Of a DNA stretch of 64,000 nucleotides, positions 55,767 through 64,000 are shown piece by piece. The notes under the pieces were generated by a model. The model saw only the letters and a list, made by a program, of their open reading frames with translations, ran no database searches and was not told the DNA's origin. Origin of the DNA: Clostridiales bacterium (lineage in GTDB: Bacteria; Bacillota; Clostridia; Christensenellales; Aristaeellaceae). Both the position numbers and the translations under genes were made by a program. The DNA lies in the NCBI GenBank assembly GCA_019419995.1, contig JAHZHZ010000007.1:2402-66401 (forward strand), given 5' to 3'. Position 1 is the stretch's first letter. Every line of letters starts with the position of its first letter.

Positions 55767-56715
55767 TCTCTCCCGAGCGCAGGGTTTGGAGCTCTCCGCC
55801 GGGCATGCGCACCACTAGACTCCCCCCATCATCAATCTCCACCGCCGTAGCTGCGTAACGCTCTTTCCCATGGATGACAGTAATTTCACGCCCTACGACA
55901 ATGGATCGGGATCGATACTCCTCCATAAACGCTCTGCTTTCCAGTTGCGGAAACAGGGCGTTCATTTCGTTAATCAATTCCGCACAGAAGCGGCTTCTGG
56001 AAACCTGTACTCCGCATTCATTGGAGATGGATGTGGCGACTTCCTCCAATTCCGGGGGAAAATCCATAAATCCCACATTGACGCCGATTCCCGACACCAC
56101 ATACTGCATTTGCCCGCTCTCAAAGTCCAGGCCGGCCTCGCAAAGTATGCCACACGTTTTTCTACTTCCCAGGTATACATCATTTACCCATTTGATTCCA
56201 GCATGCAGTTCAGATACCCGCTCAATGGCCCGAGCCACAGCGACGGCTGACATGGAAGTAATCAATACCGCCTGTTCAGCCGGCAGCTGTGTTCGAAGGA
56301 TAAATGAAATATATACTCCGCTTCCCCGAGGTGAGAAGAAATTGCGTCCGAAGCGGCCACGTCCACCGCTCTGCTGACGGGCAAGCACAGCTGTTCCGTG
56401 GGGCGCACCCTGCACGGCCAGTTCTTTAGCACGAATGTTTGTGGATACCAACTCGTCATGGATTTCGATGGTGCTTCCAATGGGACCGGGAACAAGATAG
56501 CGGCGTATCTCCGGTAATGTGAGCGCTTCAGGTCCAGAGCTGATTCGATATCCACGGTTTGTGATCGCTTCGATGACATATCCTTCGCCTCTGAGCTGTT
56601 CAATCGCTTTCCACACGGCGTTTCGGGATACGCCCAATTCCCGCGCCAAATCGCTTCCGGATAGACTTTCCTGGGCTTCCAGAAGCCTCAGAAGCACATT
56701 TTCCTTGACGGTCAT
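55747..56715 (-). CDS. birA: Bifunctional biotin-protein ligase / biotin operon repressor
   Basis: N-terminal wHTH (SGSDLARELGVSRNAVWKAIEQLR), GRGRFGRNFFSPRGSG biotin-binding loop. Confidence 0.93.
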   Translation of the reverse strand: MTVKENVLLRLLEAQESLSGSDLARELGVSRNAVWKAIEQLRGEGYVIEAITNRGYRISSGPEALTLPEIRRYLVPGPIGSTIEIHDELVSTNIRAKELAVQGAPHGTAVLARQQSGGRGRFGRNFFSPRGSGVYISFILRTQLPAEQAVLITSMSAVAVARAIERVSELHAGIKWVNDVYLGSRKTCGILCEAGLDFESGQMQYVVSGIGVNVGFMDFPPELEEVATSISNECGVQVSRSRFCAELINEMNALFPQLESRAFMEEYRSRSIVVGREITVIHGKERYAATAVEIDDGGSLVVRMPGGELQTLRSGEISVRLN

Positions 56716-57390
56716 CTAGTTTTCTCCCCCGATCATTCCATCACTGGTACCCATTTTCTTTAAAGCCTTTGCTCTCTGCCGTTCCCTTTGAGAAAAAATG
56801 CAGCCGCAATAATCCTGCCGGTATAGACCATATATTTCTGAGAGCTCACAGGAGCGCCTGTATCCATTCTTTTTCTTGAAATCAGAACAGAGGTAATCCA
56901 CGCCCATTTCATTTCCAATTGCAATGCCCAGAGCATTCAGGCGCTGGGCATCCTTCAGCGGGCTGATGGAAAGCGTAGTGGTAAAATACTTTGCACCAAC
57001 TTCCCGGGCAAATTCCGCAGTACGTCGCAACCGCATTTCAAAGCATACCCCGCAGCGTGCACCGCCCTCAGTTTCCTGTTCCAAACCCCTAACGAGGGCA
57101 TAAAAGCGTTCGGGATCATATGGCCCCTCCACTACGCGCACGTCCTTCAGCGGCATTTGCGCAACCAATCTCTCTTGTTCCTCCGCCCTGTGCCGAAATT
57201 CGTCTTCCGGCGCAATATTGGGATTATAATAATAGACGATTACCTCAAAAGTCTCATGAAGACGTTCCAACACTGCGCTGGAACAGGGCGCACAGCAGGC
57301 ATGCAGCACCAGTTTGGGCCGTTCCCCTCGTTGCTGCAGTCGCTGTATTGTGCGCTCCATTTCAATCTGATAATTGATTTTGGGCTGCAT
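56716..57390 (-). CDS. queH: Epoxyqueuosine reductase QueH (DUF208)
   Basis: INYQIEMERTI...LVLHACCAPCSS motif, later Cys cluster YRQDYCGC. Confidence 0.9.
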   Translation of the reverse strand: MQPKINYQIEMERTIQRLQQRGERPKLVLHACCAPCSSAVLERLHETFEVIVYYYNPNIAPEDEFRHRAEEQERLVAQMPLKDVRVVEGPYDPERFYALVRGLEQETEGGARCGVCFEMRLRRTAEFAREVGAKYFTTTLSISPLKDAQRLNALGIAIGNEMGVDYLCSDFKKKNGYRRSCELSEIYGLYRQDYCGCIFSQRERQRAKALKKMGTSDGMIGGEN

Positions 57391-58318
57391 CCTCCTCCAC
57401 CTCCATGCTCATCACATTGAGCGCCGTTCTGGGCAGGATCAGCTCAATGCGCCGGGGCAGGTTGATCACTTCAAAGCTACGCCCATTTTCGCCCCGTTCC
57501 CCATCCAGCGTCCACTCTACATCCTCCGACGCCTCGATTTTTAATTGACGGGCCGTAAAAAACTCAATCATTTCGCTGGGCAGGTTACAGCTTCGCAAAT
57601 CCATCAAAATCTTCGTCCAATGAATAGGAAGCGTAGGATACTTCACCAGCATCACCTCAAACATGCCGTCGTTGAGGCGCACCAAATCTGGATCCAGCTT
57701 CAGGATACCGCCCACAGACAGGGAATTGGTCACTCCACAGAAAATATAATTGCCTTCCAACACCCGGTCATCTGTCTCAAAGCGCATGTGCAAGGGTTTT
57801 AAGCTGGGCAGAAGATCCTTCAATCCCTCAAATATGTAGGCCAGATGCCCCAGCAGATTTTTAGCCGTCTGAGACGTAGTGTAGCTGGTGCGCGCAAAGG
57901 CGCCACAGGATGCCGTATAAATAAAATTCCTGCCATTAAACCTTCCCAAATCAAAGCGGCAGGGCACTCCCTCCACCGAATCCCTGGCCGCCCTGAGAAT
58001 ATCAGTGGATAAGCCCAGACTGTTTGCATAGTCATTGGTGCTTCCCGCCGGGATGTATCCCACGGGGCAATCCACTCCGCCTTCAATCATGCCCGCTATG
58101 GTTTCATTGAGGGTACCATCCCCTCCGATACAAACCAGGCGGTCATATATCCCGCCATGATTGCTTAAAAATTGTGTGGCGTCTCCCGAACTGCCCGTGA
58201 CATAGGTCTCGCAATGATAGCCGCATTCATTATAGAGCCGCACAATTTCCGGCAGCAGACGATTTGCCCGCCTCTGCCCTGCACAGGGGTTTAATAACAG
58301 CAGCAATCGCTTATCCAT
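57362..58318 (-). CDS. Diacylglycerol-kinase-family lipid kinase (YegS/DagK-like)
   Basis: LLLLNPCAG..., GGDGTLNE motif. Confidence 0.9.
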   Translation of the reverse strand: MDKRLLLLLNPCAGQRRANRLLPEIVRLYNECGYHCETYVTGSSGDATQFLSNHGGIYDRLVCIGGDGTLNETIAGMIEGGVDCPVGYIPAGSTNDYANSLGLSTDILRAARDSVEGVPCRFDLGRFNGRNFIYTASCGAFARTSYTTSQTAKNLLGHLAYIFEGLKDLLPSLKPLHMRFETDDRVLEGNYIFCGVTNSLSVGGILKLDPDLVRLNDGMFEVMLVKYPTLPIHWTKILMDLRSCNLPSEMIEFFTARQLKIEASEDVEWTLDGERGENGRSFEVINLPRRIELILPRTALNVMSMEVEEDAAQNQLSD

Positions 58319-58379
58319 GCCTTTCTCCTTCCACCCTCATCTTATCGTATTAAAAGCTGCCGTCGGTCCCCGGCGGCAG

Positions 58380-59072
58380 TTATTTGACATCCATTATATG
58401 TCTGAGCTGAAAATCTAATCCATCACACGATACCTGATGATAGATAATTCCATCCATTATTCCTCTAACAGCGCCCGCCAACGCGGCCCCATGAAGATGT
58501 CCATACACCACCTGATCCACGCCAAATTCCTTAAAAATATCAGAAAAACCGATCTCCGTTTCGCTGCGTGGGGGATAGTGCATCATGGCAATCAGCGGCG
58601 CCGTCTCGCTTCGGGACCGGGCATGCTTTAAGGACATCTCCAGCCGTTGTCTCTCCCGCCGGTAAATTCGAGCATCATCGCCCTCTCCATTGGGGTCCTG
58701 TGGGATTTGCCAGCCGCGGCTGCCAGCAAAGAGCACGTTCTCCAACATCAGGCTGTCATTCTGAAGAGCATAACATCCCTCTGGAAGCGTCCTACGGACG
58801 CGGCCGATGGAGCTCCACCAATAATCGTGATTGCCTCGAATCAAAATCTTCCGGCCTGGCAGTTCACCAATGCGCTTCAGATCATCCAAAGCTTCTTCCA
58901 AGTGCATTGCCCAGCTCAAATCGCCGGGCAACAACACGATATCCTCCGGATCAACCTGTTCCAACCAATTGGCACGGATATGTTCAAAATGATTCTGCCA
59001 GTGCGCTCCAAAGATGTCCATGGGCTTCTGGTGAGCCGGTAGGTGCAAATCTGAAATTGCCCAAATGCCCAC
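58380..59072 (-). CDS. Calcineurin-like metallophosphoesterase
   Basis: ISDLHL, PGDLSW, RGNHDYW, GHLHG motifs. Confidence 0.88.
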   Translation of the reverse strand: MGIWAISDLHLPAHQKPMDIFGAHWQNHFEHIRANWLEQVDPEDIVLLPGDLSWAMHLEEALDDLKRIGELPGRKILIRGNHDYWWSSIGRVRRTLPEGCYALQNDSLMLENVLFAGSRGWQIPQDPNGEGDDARIYRRERQRLEMSLKHARSRSETAPLIAMMHYPPRSETEIGFSDIFKEFGVDQVVYGHLHGAALAGAVRGIMDGIIYHQVSCDGLDFQLRHIMDVK

Positions 59073-59074
59073 GC

Positions 59075-59509
59075 TCAGCGGCTCCTGCCGGACGCTTTGG
59101 AAGAATTTGCGCCTTCTTCATCCTCATCTTCTTCGTCTTCATCGTCTTCCCCAAAGAAGGCCTTATCTTCATCATCAAAAACTTCGTCATCCAGGTCATC
59201 GCCCAAGTCACCATCGAGATCCAATTCAATCTCATCCATGGTGCTGACCGAATCTATGCCAATATTTGCCGCCTCGCTGACCACGCTGTCATCACTCTGC
59301 GTCTCAGCGCCCCGCTGGGCCAATTCTTTCAGGCAATAGGCACACAATTCCTGTCCGGGCACGACGGGGTTCTCTCCGCATTCCGAACACAATTCAATCA
59401 TCTCATACTGTTCGCTTTCGCCGCGAACCTCACGCCGGCAAACGGAACACATCTTTTCCGTATCCAGCATATAATTCAATTCGCATCTGGGGCATTTGAT
59501 CAGGCTCAT
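59075..59509 (-). CDS. Zinc-ribbon protein with polyacidic C-terminal tail, unknown function
   Basis: Start trimmed to ATG 59509 (GAGGAAG RBS); CPRC..CSVC, CSEC..CAYC then DEIELDLDGDLGDDLDDEVFDDEDKAFFGEDDEDEEDEDEE. Confidence 0.65.
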   Translation of the reverse strand: MSLIKCPRCELNYMLDTEKMCSVCRREVRGESEQYEMIELCSECGENPVVPGQELCAYCLKELAQRGAETQSDDSVVSEAANIGIDSVSTMDEIELDLDGDLGDDLDDEVFDDEDKAFFGEDDEDEEDEDEEGANSSKASGRSR

Positions 59510-59670
59510 TGAAATCTTCCTCTCAGGATGGCTGTTATGACCAGCAGGCCCCCGCCTAAATGGCAAAGGCTTCCGCTGGGTTCACCATGTAATTATACAC
59601 GATTGTATCGGAAGCGCAAGGGGCAAAGACGATATTTTTGCATTTTTCCCATCATTTCTTAAACCATGCC

Positions 59671-60249
59671 TCAATGTTCCCGAAGCCAGGCAGCCAGTTG
59701 CGATATGTCCTGCTCGTAGATTGGACGCAAAGATGGATTGTAGATCAGCGACGCCGGATGATACATGGGATAGATCCGTTTCCCTTCCCAGTCTTGAAAT
59801 TGCCCATGCAATTCGCCGACGGCTACCCGTTGCCCCATTAACGCCTTGAGGGGAACATTGCCCAGTGTGACGATGACCTGCGCGCCCACCAGTTCAATTT
59901 CCTTCTGAAGCCAGGGAAAAAATAAGCGCACTTCCTCCCGATTGGGCGGGCGATTGACCACCCGTCCCGCCGCAGAAATCTTTGTAGGCCGGAATTTGAC
60001 GGCGTTAGTGACATAGAGCTGACCCCTGTCTATACCACTCTGTTCCAGAAACTGATCCAGGTTCTTTCCAGCCTTGCCCACAAAGGGACGGCGTTGAAGG
60101 GTTTCCTGTTCTCCGGGCGCTTCGCCCACAAGCATTACTCTAGCGCCCTGACTTCCTTCCCCATGGACCAATACCTTGCGTTCTCCCTCGTATACCTCAG
60201 AAATTAGCTTTTCCAACTCCTGGCGGAGCCGCTGAAGATCATTCGTCAC
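59671..60249 (-). CDS. Uracil-DNA glycosylase superfamily protein, family-4-like but cysteine-free
   Basis: GTG start overlapping upstream stop (GTGA); LVGEAPGEQE, PFVGKAGKNL, MYHPAS motifs; 0 Cys in 192 aa. Confidence 0.8.
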   Translation of the reverse strand: MTNDLQRLRQELEKLISEVYEGERKVLVHGEGSQGARVMLVGEAPGEQETLQRRPFVGKAGKNLDQFLEQSGIDRGQLYVTNAVKFRPTKISAAGRVVNRPPNREEVRLFFPWLQKEIELVGAQVIVTLGNVPLKALMGQRVAVGELHGQFQDWEGKRIYPMYHPASLIYNPSLRPIYEQDISQLAAWLREH

Positions 60250-60851
60250 AGCTTTTCTTCACCCGATTCTTTGGCTTGCGCCTCAATTTCTTTTAATTTA
60301 TCCCGAATCTTCTGAAAGTCTTCCCAGGAATCGCGCTTTTTAGCAGGATCCCTCAGCAATGCCGAAGGATGATAGGTGGGCATGAACCAAACGCCCTTTC
60401 TCTCAAACCATCTTCCATGCTCGCGCATGACGGAAATCTCCTGCTGCAATGTATACCGACAGGCCACCTTACCCAATAACGCTACCACTCTGGGGCGCAC
60501 CAGTGCCACTTGCGCCCTGAGATAATTTAAACATGCCTGTGCTTCATCCGGCTCGGGATTGCGGTTTTGAGGAGGCCTGCACTTGACCACATTGCAGATG
60601 TAAACATCCTCCCGCTCCAGTCCGATGGCGCGAATCATCCGGGTCAGCAATTCTCCACTGCGCCCCACAAAGGGCCTTCCCTGCAAATCTTCGTCCCGGC
60701 CCGGTCCTTCTCCGATAAACATCAGCGTTGCATGAGGGTTTCCCTCGCCGGGCACCACATGATTGCGAAACTCGCACAGGCGACACTTGTGGCACTGTTG
60801 AATTTCCTCCGTGAGCTGCGCCCAAGATGTTCTCATTTCTTTCAACTCCAT
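60246..60851 (-). CDS. Family 4 (Fe-S) uracil-DNA glycosylase
   Basis: CHKCRLC, FIGEGPGRDED, PFVGRSGELL, NVVKCRPP, TYHPSALLR; track start 60878 is TTG, ATG 60851 or 60836 is more likely. Confidence 0.88.
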   Translation of the reverse strand: MELKEMRTSWAQLTEEIQQCHKCRLCEFRNHVVPGEGNPHATLMFIGEGPGRDEDLQGRPFVGRSGELLTRMIRAIGLEREDVYICNVVKCRPPQNRNPEPDEAQACLNYLRAQVALVRPRVVALLGKVACRYTLQQEISVMREHGRWFERKGVWFMPTYHPSALLRDPAKKRDSWEDFQKIRDKLKEIEAQAKESGEEKL

Positions 60852-60910
60852 CCCATGTCGTAGGCCATCTATAACCAAATCCGACGCTTACGCGCCGGAT
60901 TGATCAAAAC

Positions 60911-61132
60911 TTATTCAGGAATAATGATGGATTTTTCAAGCATCTCCCACATCTTGTGAAACGTCACAGGTACATCCGCTGCGATCCAGCGTATCAATGA
61001 AGCAATTAAAATGATGCACCCCACAATGACAATCACGCCTACCACCACGGCCAGAAAGTCAAACATTCCTGCAAACACTTGAAATTTGACTCTCCTGCGC
61101 TGAATTTCTTCACGGGTGTAAAGCTTTGCCAT
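60911..61132 (-). CDS. Small membrane protein, unknown function
   Basis: AGAGGTG RBS then ATG 61132; one long hydrophobic segment FDFLAVVVGVIVIVGCIILIASLI. Confidence 0.5.
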   Translation of the reverse strand: MAKLYTREEIQRRRVKFQVFAGMFDFLAVVVGVIVIVGCIILIASLIRWIAADVPVTFHKMWEMLEKSIIIPE

Positions 61133-61183
61133 GTCATTCACCTCTTTACTCCACAGTATACCACAGACCTACGATTTACGCAA

Positions 61184-62992
61184 TCACGGACCATATTCAA
61201 TAATTTCATCGGTGGCCTGATAGCGGCTCTTACACAGTTCTTCCCGCCGAATCTCATTGCCCTGAGCATCCCACCAGATCTTATAAGTGGTGGCGGTATA
61301 ACCCTTCTTTCCACTCTGAACCACTCGCGTCTGTCCGCTGTAGAGTTCAAAGCTGAGCTGGTACTGTGTATCATAATCAATCGTACCCGTGCGCACTCCC
61401 TCCAGGGTAATGGTTACGCCATCTTCCAGCAGGCGCCCAAACACGCCTACGCGCACACGCTTGTCATCGGTCAAATAACAGCAGATGTAGATCCGATCGT
61501 CAGTATTATTGGTAAACTTCAGATCCTTGTTTCCCCAGTCCACAGCCGCGTCCTTTCCCAAATCCACATAGCTTACCGTTAGAGAATGGGAATGGCGCTC
61601 ATTGATCTCCAAATCCGCTTTCACCACTGCGTTAAACAGCGTGGTGGAGACCTGGCATATTCCACCGCCCACTTCCTCGGTAACTTTGCCGCTGGAATAA
61701 GCTGTGGCTGTCTTAAATCCTCGTTCGGTAGTGCGCTCGCCTACCACTTGGTTAAAGGAGAAGGTGTCTCCCGGTTCCAGGCAGGTACCATTAATCAATT
61801 CCAGGCTGAGACGAATGTTATCCAAACGATTGCTCTTGGAGGAGGAGGCATTGGTAATGGCATAGCTGATCATGCCATATTCGGAGGCAACATTCTCCTG
61901 GGTCACCGCGGGCGCCTGCGTGGCGATCTGCAATTTTACATCTCCGCCACCCACCATGAGGGCCGCCTCAATATCCTCCACCAGTGCAGTCTGGTTTAAG
62001 GTATACCCATTCTGCTCAGGCTCGAATTCGAAGGTATATGTTTCCACATTAAAGGATTTTACCTTCGCATCTTTAGGCTCTGCATCGATCTGCGCCGCCA
62101 ATGTAGCCGCGTAGTTTTGAACCAACGCATGATCGAAAAAAGTTCGTTCCACCTGATAGCTTGCCGGCCTGGCTACGGCAGCCTGCATCAGCCGGTAACG
62201 CTGCACCAGCGAACCACTTCGCCCGGAATTCCAAGCCGTGGTCAAAACCTCCGCATAATTGCTGGTATAGCCCAGTTGTTCCGCGGTAATAGTTGTGCCG
62301 TCATCCAAAACTACTGCCGCCTGCCGATAGGAAGGCTCCACCTGGCTCTGCCAATATTCCAATGCCTGTTCAAGCGTCATCCCAGTGAGATCCACGCCGT
62401 CTACCGTCGTGCCTGTAAAGAAAGTCTCGCTGGAAACAGCGGCTTTCATTTCCGCCAGCGCCTGATACTCCTGTGTACGCCAGACACCAATTCCCACCAA
62501 TAGTGCAATTATCGCCACCAGAAACACATTGAGCATAGTAAACCCACCGCCACGGTTGCGACGGCGCTTTCTGGTGCGGTTTCTCTCCTGTGCCACGCGC
62601 CCTTTGCTTTTCCCACGGGCAGACTGCGCATGCCTATTGGGTTGATTATCCACCATCAGCACGGCAGATCTGCGTTGGGCAAGTGGATTTTCCTTTATGG
62701 TTGTCTTTTTTCTTGCGGATGTACTTGCAGTTTTCATACTCCGTTTAGACGCAGAATTTTCCTTTTTGGTTCCGCTACCCGCGGAACTGCGGGGCCTTGA
62801 ACCCGACGCCCCCTTGCTTCTGCCGGACGCATAGGAAGCCGTTCCAGAGCGCCTGGCAGCGCTTTTATTGGCACTGCTCGCGCCCTTTCTTCCCGTACCT
62901 CCGCTTTTTTTTCGAGGACTGACTTCTATATCAAATCTATCCATATGCCGTTTTGCGGCGTTCCTGTTTGACATGAATTGCAAACGCTCCAT
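61184..62992 (-). CDS. VanW-family protein with basic disordered N-terminus and one TM segment
   Basis: K/R/S-rich first ~150 aa, TM MLNVFLVAIIALLVGIGVW, C-terminal VanW-like GGGICQVSTTLFNA motif. Confidence 0.85.
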   Translation of the reverse strand: MERLQFMSNRNAAKRHMDRFDIEVSPRKKSGGTGRKGASSANKSAARRSGTASYASGRSKGASGSRPRSSAGSGTKKENSASKRSMKTASTSARKKTTIKENPLAQRRSAVLMVDNQPNRHAQSARGKSKGRVAQERNRTRKRRRNRGGGFTMLNVFLVAIIALLVGIGVWRTQEYQALAEMKAAVSSETFFTGTTVDGVDLTGMTLEQALEYWQSQVEPSYRQAAVVLDDGTTITAEQLGYTSNYAEVLTTAWNSGRSGSLVQRYRLMQAAVARPASYQVERTFFDHALVQNYAATLAAQIDAEPKDAKVKSFNVETYTFEFEPEQNGYTLNQTALVEDIEAALMVGGGDVKLQIATQAPAVTQENVASEYGMISYAITNASSSKSNRLDNIRLSLELINGTCLEPGDTFSFNQVVGERTTERGFKTATAYSSGKVTEEVGGGICQVSTTLFNAVVKADLEINERHSHSLTVSYVDLGKDAAVDWGNKDLKFTNNTDDRIYICCYLTDDKRVRVGVFGRLLEDGVTITLEGVRTGTIDYDTQYQLSFELYSGQTRVVQSGKKGYTATTYKIWWDAQGNEIRREELCKSRYQATDEIIEYGP

Positions 62993-63035
62993 GTATCCAT
63001 TATAACCCAGTTAAGGGTCAGATCATTCACATTAT

Positions 63036-63084
63036 AAAAAAAACGCCTGCATCTATCAACGCCTTTGGGTTAATTTGGCAGGCG
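63036..63084 (-). terminator. Putative terminator after rarA
   Basis: Minus strand cgcctgc...gcaggcg stem (large loop) followed by 8 T. Confidence 0.5.
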
Positions 63085-63099
63085 AAATTTTCGACATTT

Positions 63100-64000
63100 T
63101 TATAGACAACTGGGATCAGGATCATCCTCAATTCCCCGAAGCATGCGTATAGCTCGAATTTCCACTTCCTGCCCCTCTTCACTGGGCAGATAGTAGGGCA
63201 TGCCTTGGGCTTCCAGGGGCGCATAGTCTTGCTGAACATAGTGCCCCGGGTAATCGTGGGCGTATTTATATCCTTCACCAGAGCCCAATGCATCCGCGCC
63301 CCGATAATGTGTATCCCGGAGATGCACCGGAACAGCTTGATAGCCACCCCGCTCGGCATCCGCCATGGCCCGGTCCACTGCCACGCACACGGAATTGGAT
63401 TTGGGACTTTCGCATACGGCAATGATGGCCTGAGCGATGGACAGCCGTGCCTCCGGCATACCCACGCTCTCCAGCGCCTGCATGGCAGCAGTAGCCTGAA
63501 GCATGGCCATGGGATTGGCCAAGCCCACATCTTCACTGGCATGGACGATAACCCGTCGCACAATAAGCCTGGGATCTACTCCTCCCCGCAGCAATCGGGC
63601 AAACCAAGCCAGTGCCGCATCGCTGTCCGAACCCCGCATGGATTTGCAAAACGCAGATAACATGTCGTAATAGGTCGATTCATCCATTTGTAACACGCGG
63701 CTCTGAATGGACTCCTCTGCCACCGCAAGCGTAATGTGCACGGAACCATCCGCTTCCATGGGCGTTGTGAGCACCGCCAGTTCCAACGCGTTCAGTGCGC
63801 TGCGCACATCGCCGTTAGCCACCTGGGCAATGTGATCCAGCGCATCATCGTCAAGCGTCACCTCTCGATCTCCATATCCGTTGACCGGGTCGGCAATGGC
63901 GTTGAGTACAGCGCATTTGACTTCCTCTGTGTTGAGTGGCTCAAAATGAAATAACCTGCACCTGCTAACGATGGCGGGTGTCATAGAAATCATGGGATTT
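63100..64000 (-). CDS. rarA: Replication-associated recombination protein A (AAA ATPase), C-terminal ~300 codons; 5' end beyond right edge
   Basis: RCRLFHFEPL (sensor), GDVRSALNALE, MgsA_C-like YYDMLSAFCKSMRGSD..., HLRDTHY. Confidence 0.9.
   Translation of the reverse strand, partial: NPMISMTPAIVSRCRLFHFEPLNTEEVKCAVLNAIADPVNGYGDREVTLDDDALDHIAQVANGDVRSALNALELAVLTTPMEADGSVHITLAVAEESIQSRVLQMDESTYYDMLSAFCKSMRGSDSDAALAWFARLLRGGVDPRLIVRRVIVHASEDVGLANPMAMLQATAAMQALESVGMPEARLSIAQAIIAVCESPKSNSVCVAVDRAMADAERGGYQAVPVHLRDTHYRGADALGSGEGYKYAHDYPGHYVQQDYAPLEAQGMPYYLPSEEGQEVEIRAIRMLRGIEDDPDPSCL

Noticed and set aside
62520-62992. Low-complexity K/R/S-rich coding stretch (VanW N-terminus) and the D/E-rich stretch at 59090-59240, considered as possible tandem DNA repeats
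   Set aside because: These are compositional bias at the protein level (a basic disordered linker and an acidic tail). No exact nucleotide repeat unit is discernible.
1-64000. CRISPR arrays, IS elements, prophage, toxin-antitoxin or known defence systems
   Set aside because: I saw no regularly spaced direct repeats and no transposase, integrase, recombinase, RT, Cas or nuclease-ATPase defence signatures. Gene content and tight operon packing look like conserved core chromosome.

Overview
Gene-dense 64-kb chromosomal window, about 63 CDS and 2 tRNA-Ser genes. It looks like a spore-forming, moderately GC-rich member of the Clostridia: it has tandem alpha/beta SASPs, a SCIFF ranthipeptide cassette, a type III glutamine synthetase and FeoA-FeoA-FeoB. 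A finer taxonomic guess (Oscillospiraceae/Ruminococcaceae-like) is low confidence. Nearly everything is conserved housekeeping: the coaD-rsmD-alr block, recG-yloV-asp23, rpmB, zapA-U32-mutS2, an OmpR/HK/HtrA module, two MATE exporters, two ABC importers, msrAB, an M18 aminopeptidase, L-serine dehydratase, Mrp/NBP35, an L,D-transpeptidase, radC, rpiB, dagK-queH-birA, a UDG pair, VanW and a partial rarA. I see no transposase, integrase, phage, CRISPR, toxin-antitoxin or recognisable defence genes, so this is a core region rather than an accessory island. Four real features are missing from or hidden in the ORF track. They are a 59-aa second SASP (6650-6829), a 51-aa FeoB-associated Cys-rich peptide (25641-25796), the 48-aa SCIFF precursor inside a longer track ORF (28426-28572), and an edge-truncated ORF (1-774). 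The track also treats GTG/TTG as M, so many starts were re-trimmed using RBS evidence. The items most worth follow-up are these. (1) The SCIFF precursor/rSAM maturase operon has an internal hairpin and an ATGA-coupled PLP decarboxylase-fold gene. (2) A perfect Fur-box palindrome sits on a consensus promoter that drives a Fur-family regulator plus an atypical QueD/PTPS-like protein, which lacks the catalytic Cys and carries an extra zinc ribbon. (3) Two UDG paralogs are translationally coupled, and one has no cysteine at all; next to them is a zinc-ribbon protein with a polyacidic tail. (4) A divergent DapF-superfamily epimerase and an orphan Imm-5-like protein are embedded in an amino-acid ABC operon. 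None of these is proven novel. All family assignments come from motif recognition by eye without database searches, and non-CDS coordinates may be off by 1-2 nt.
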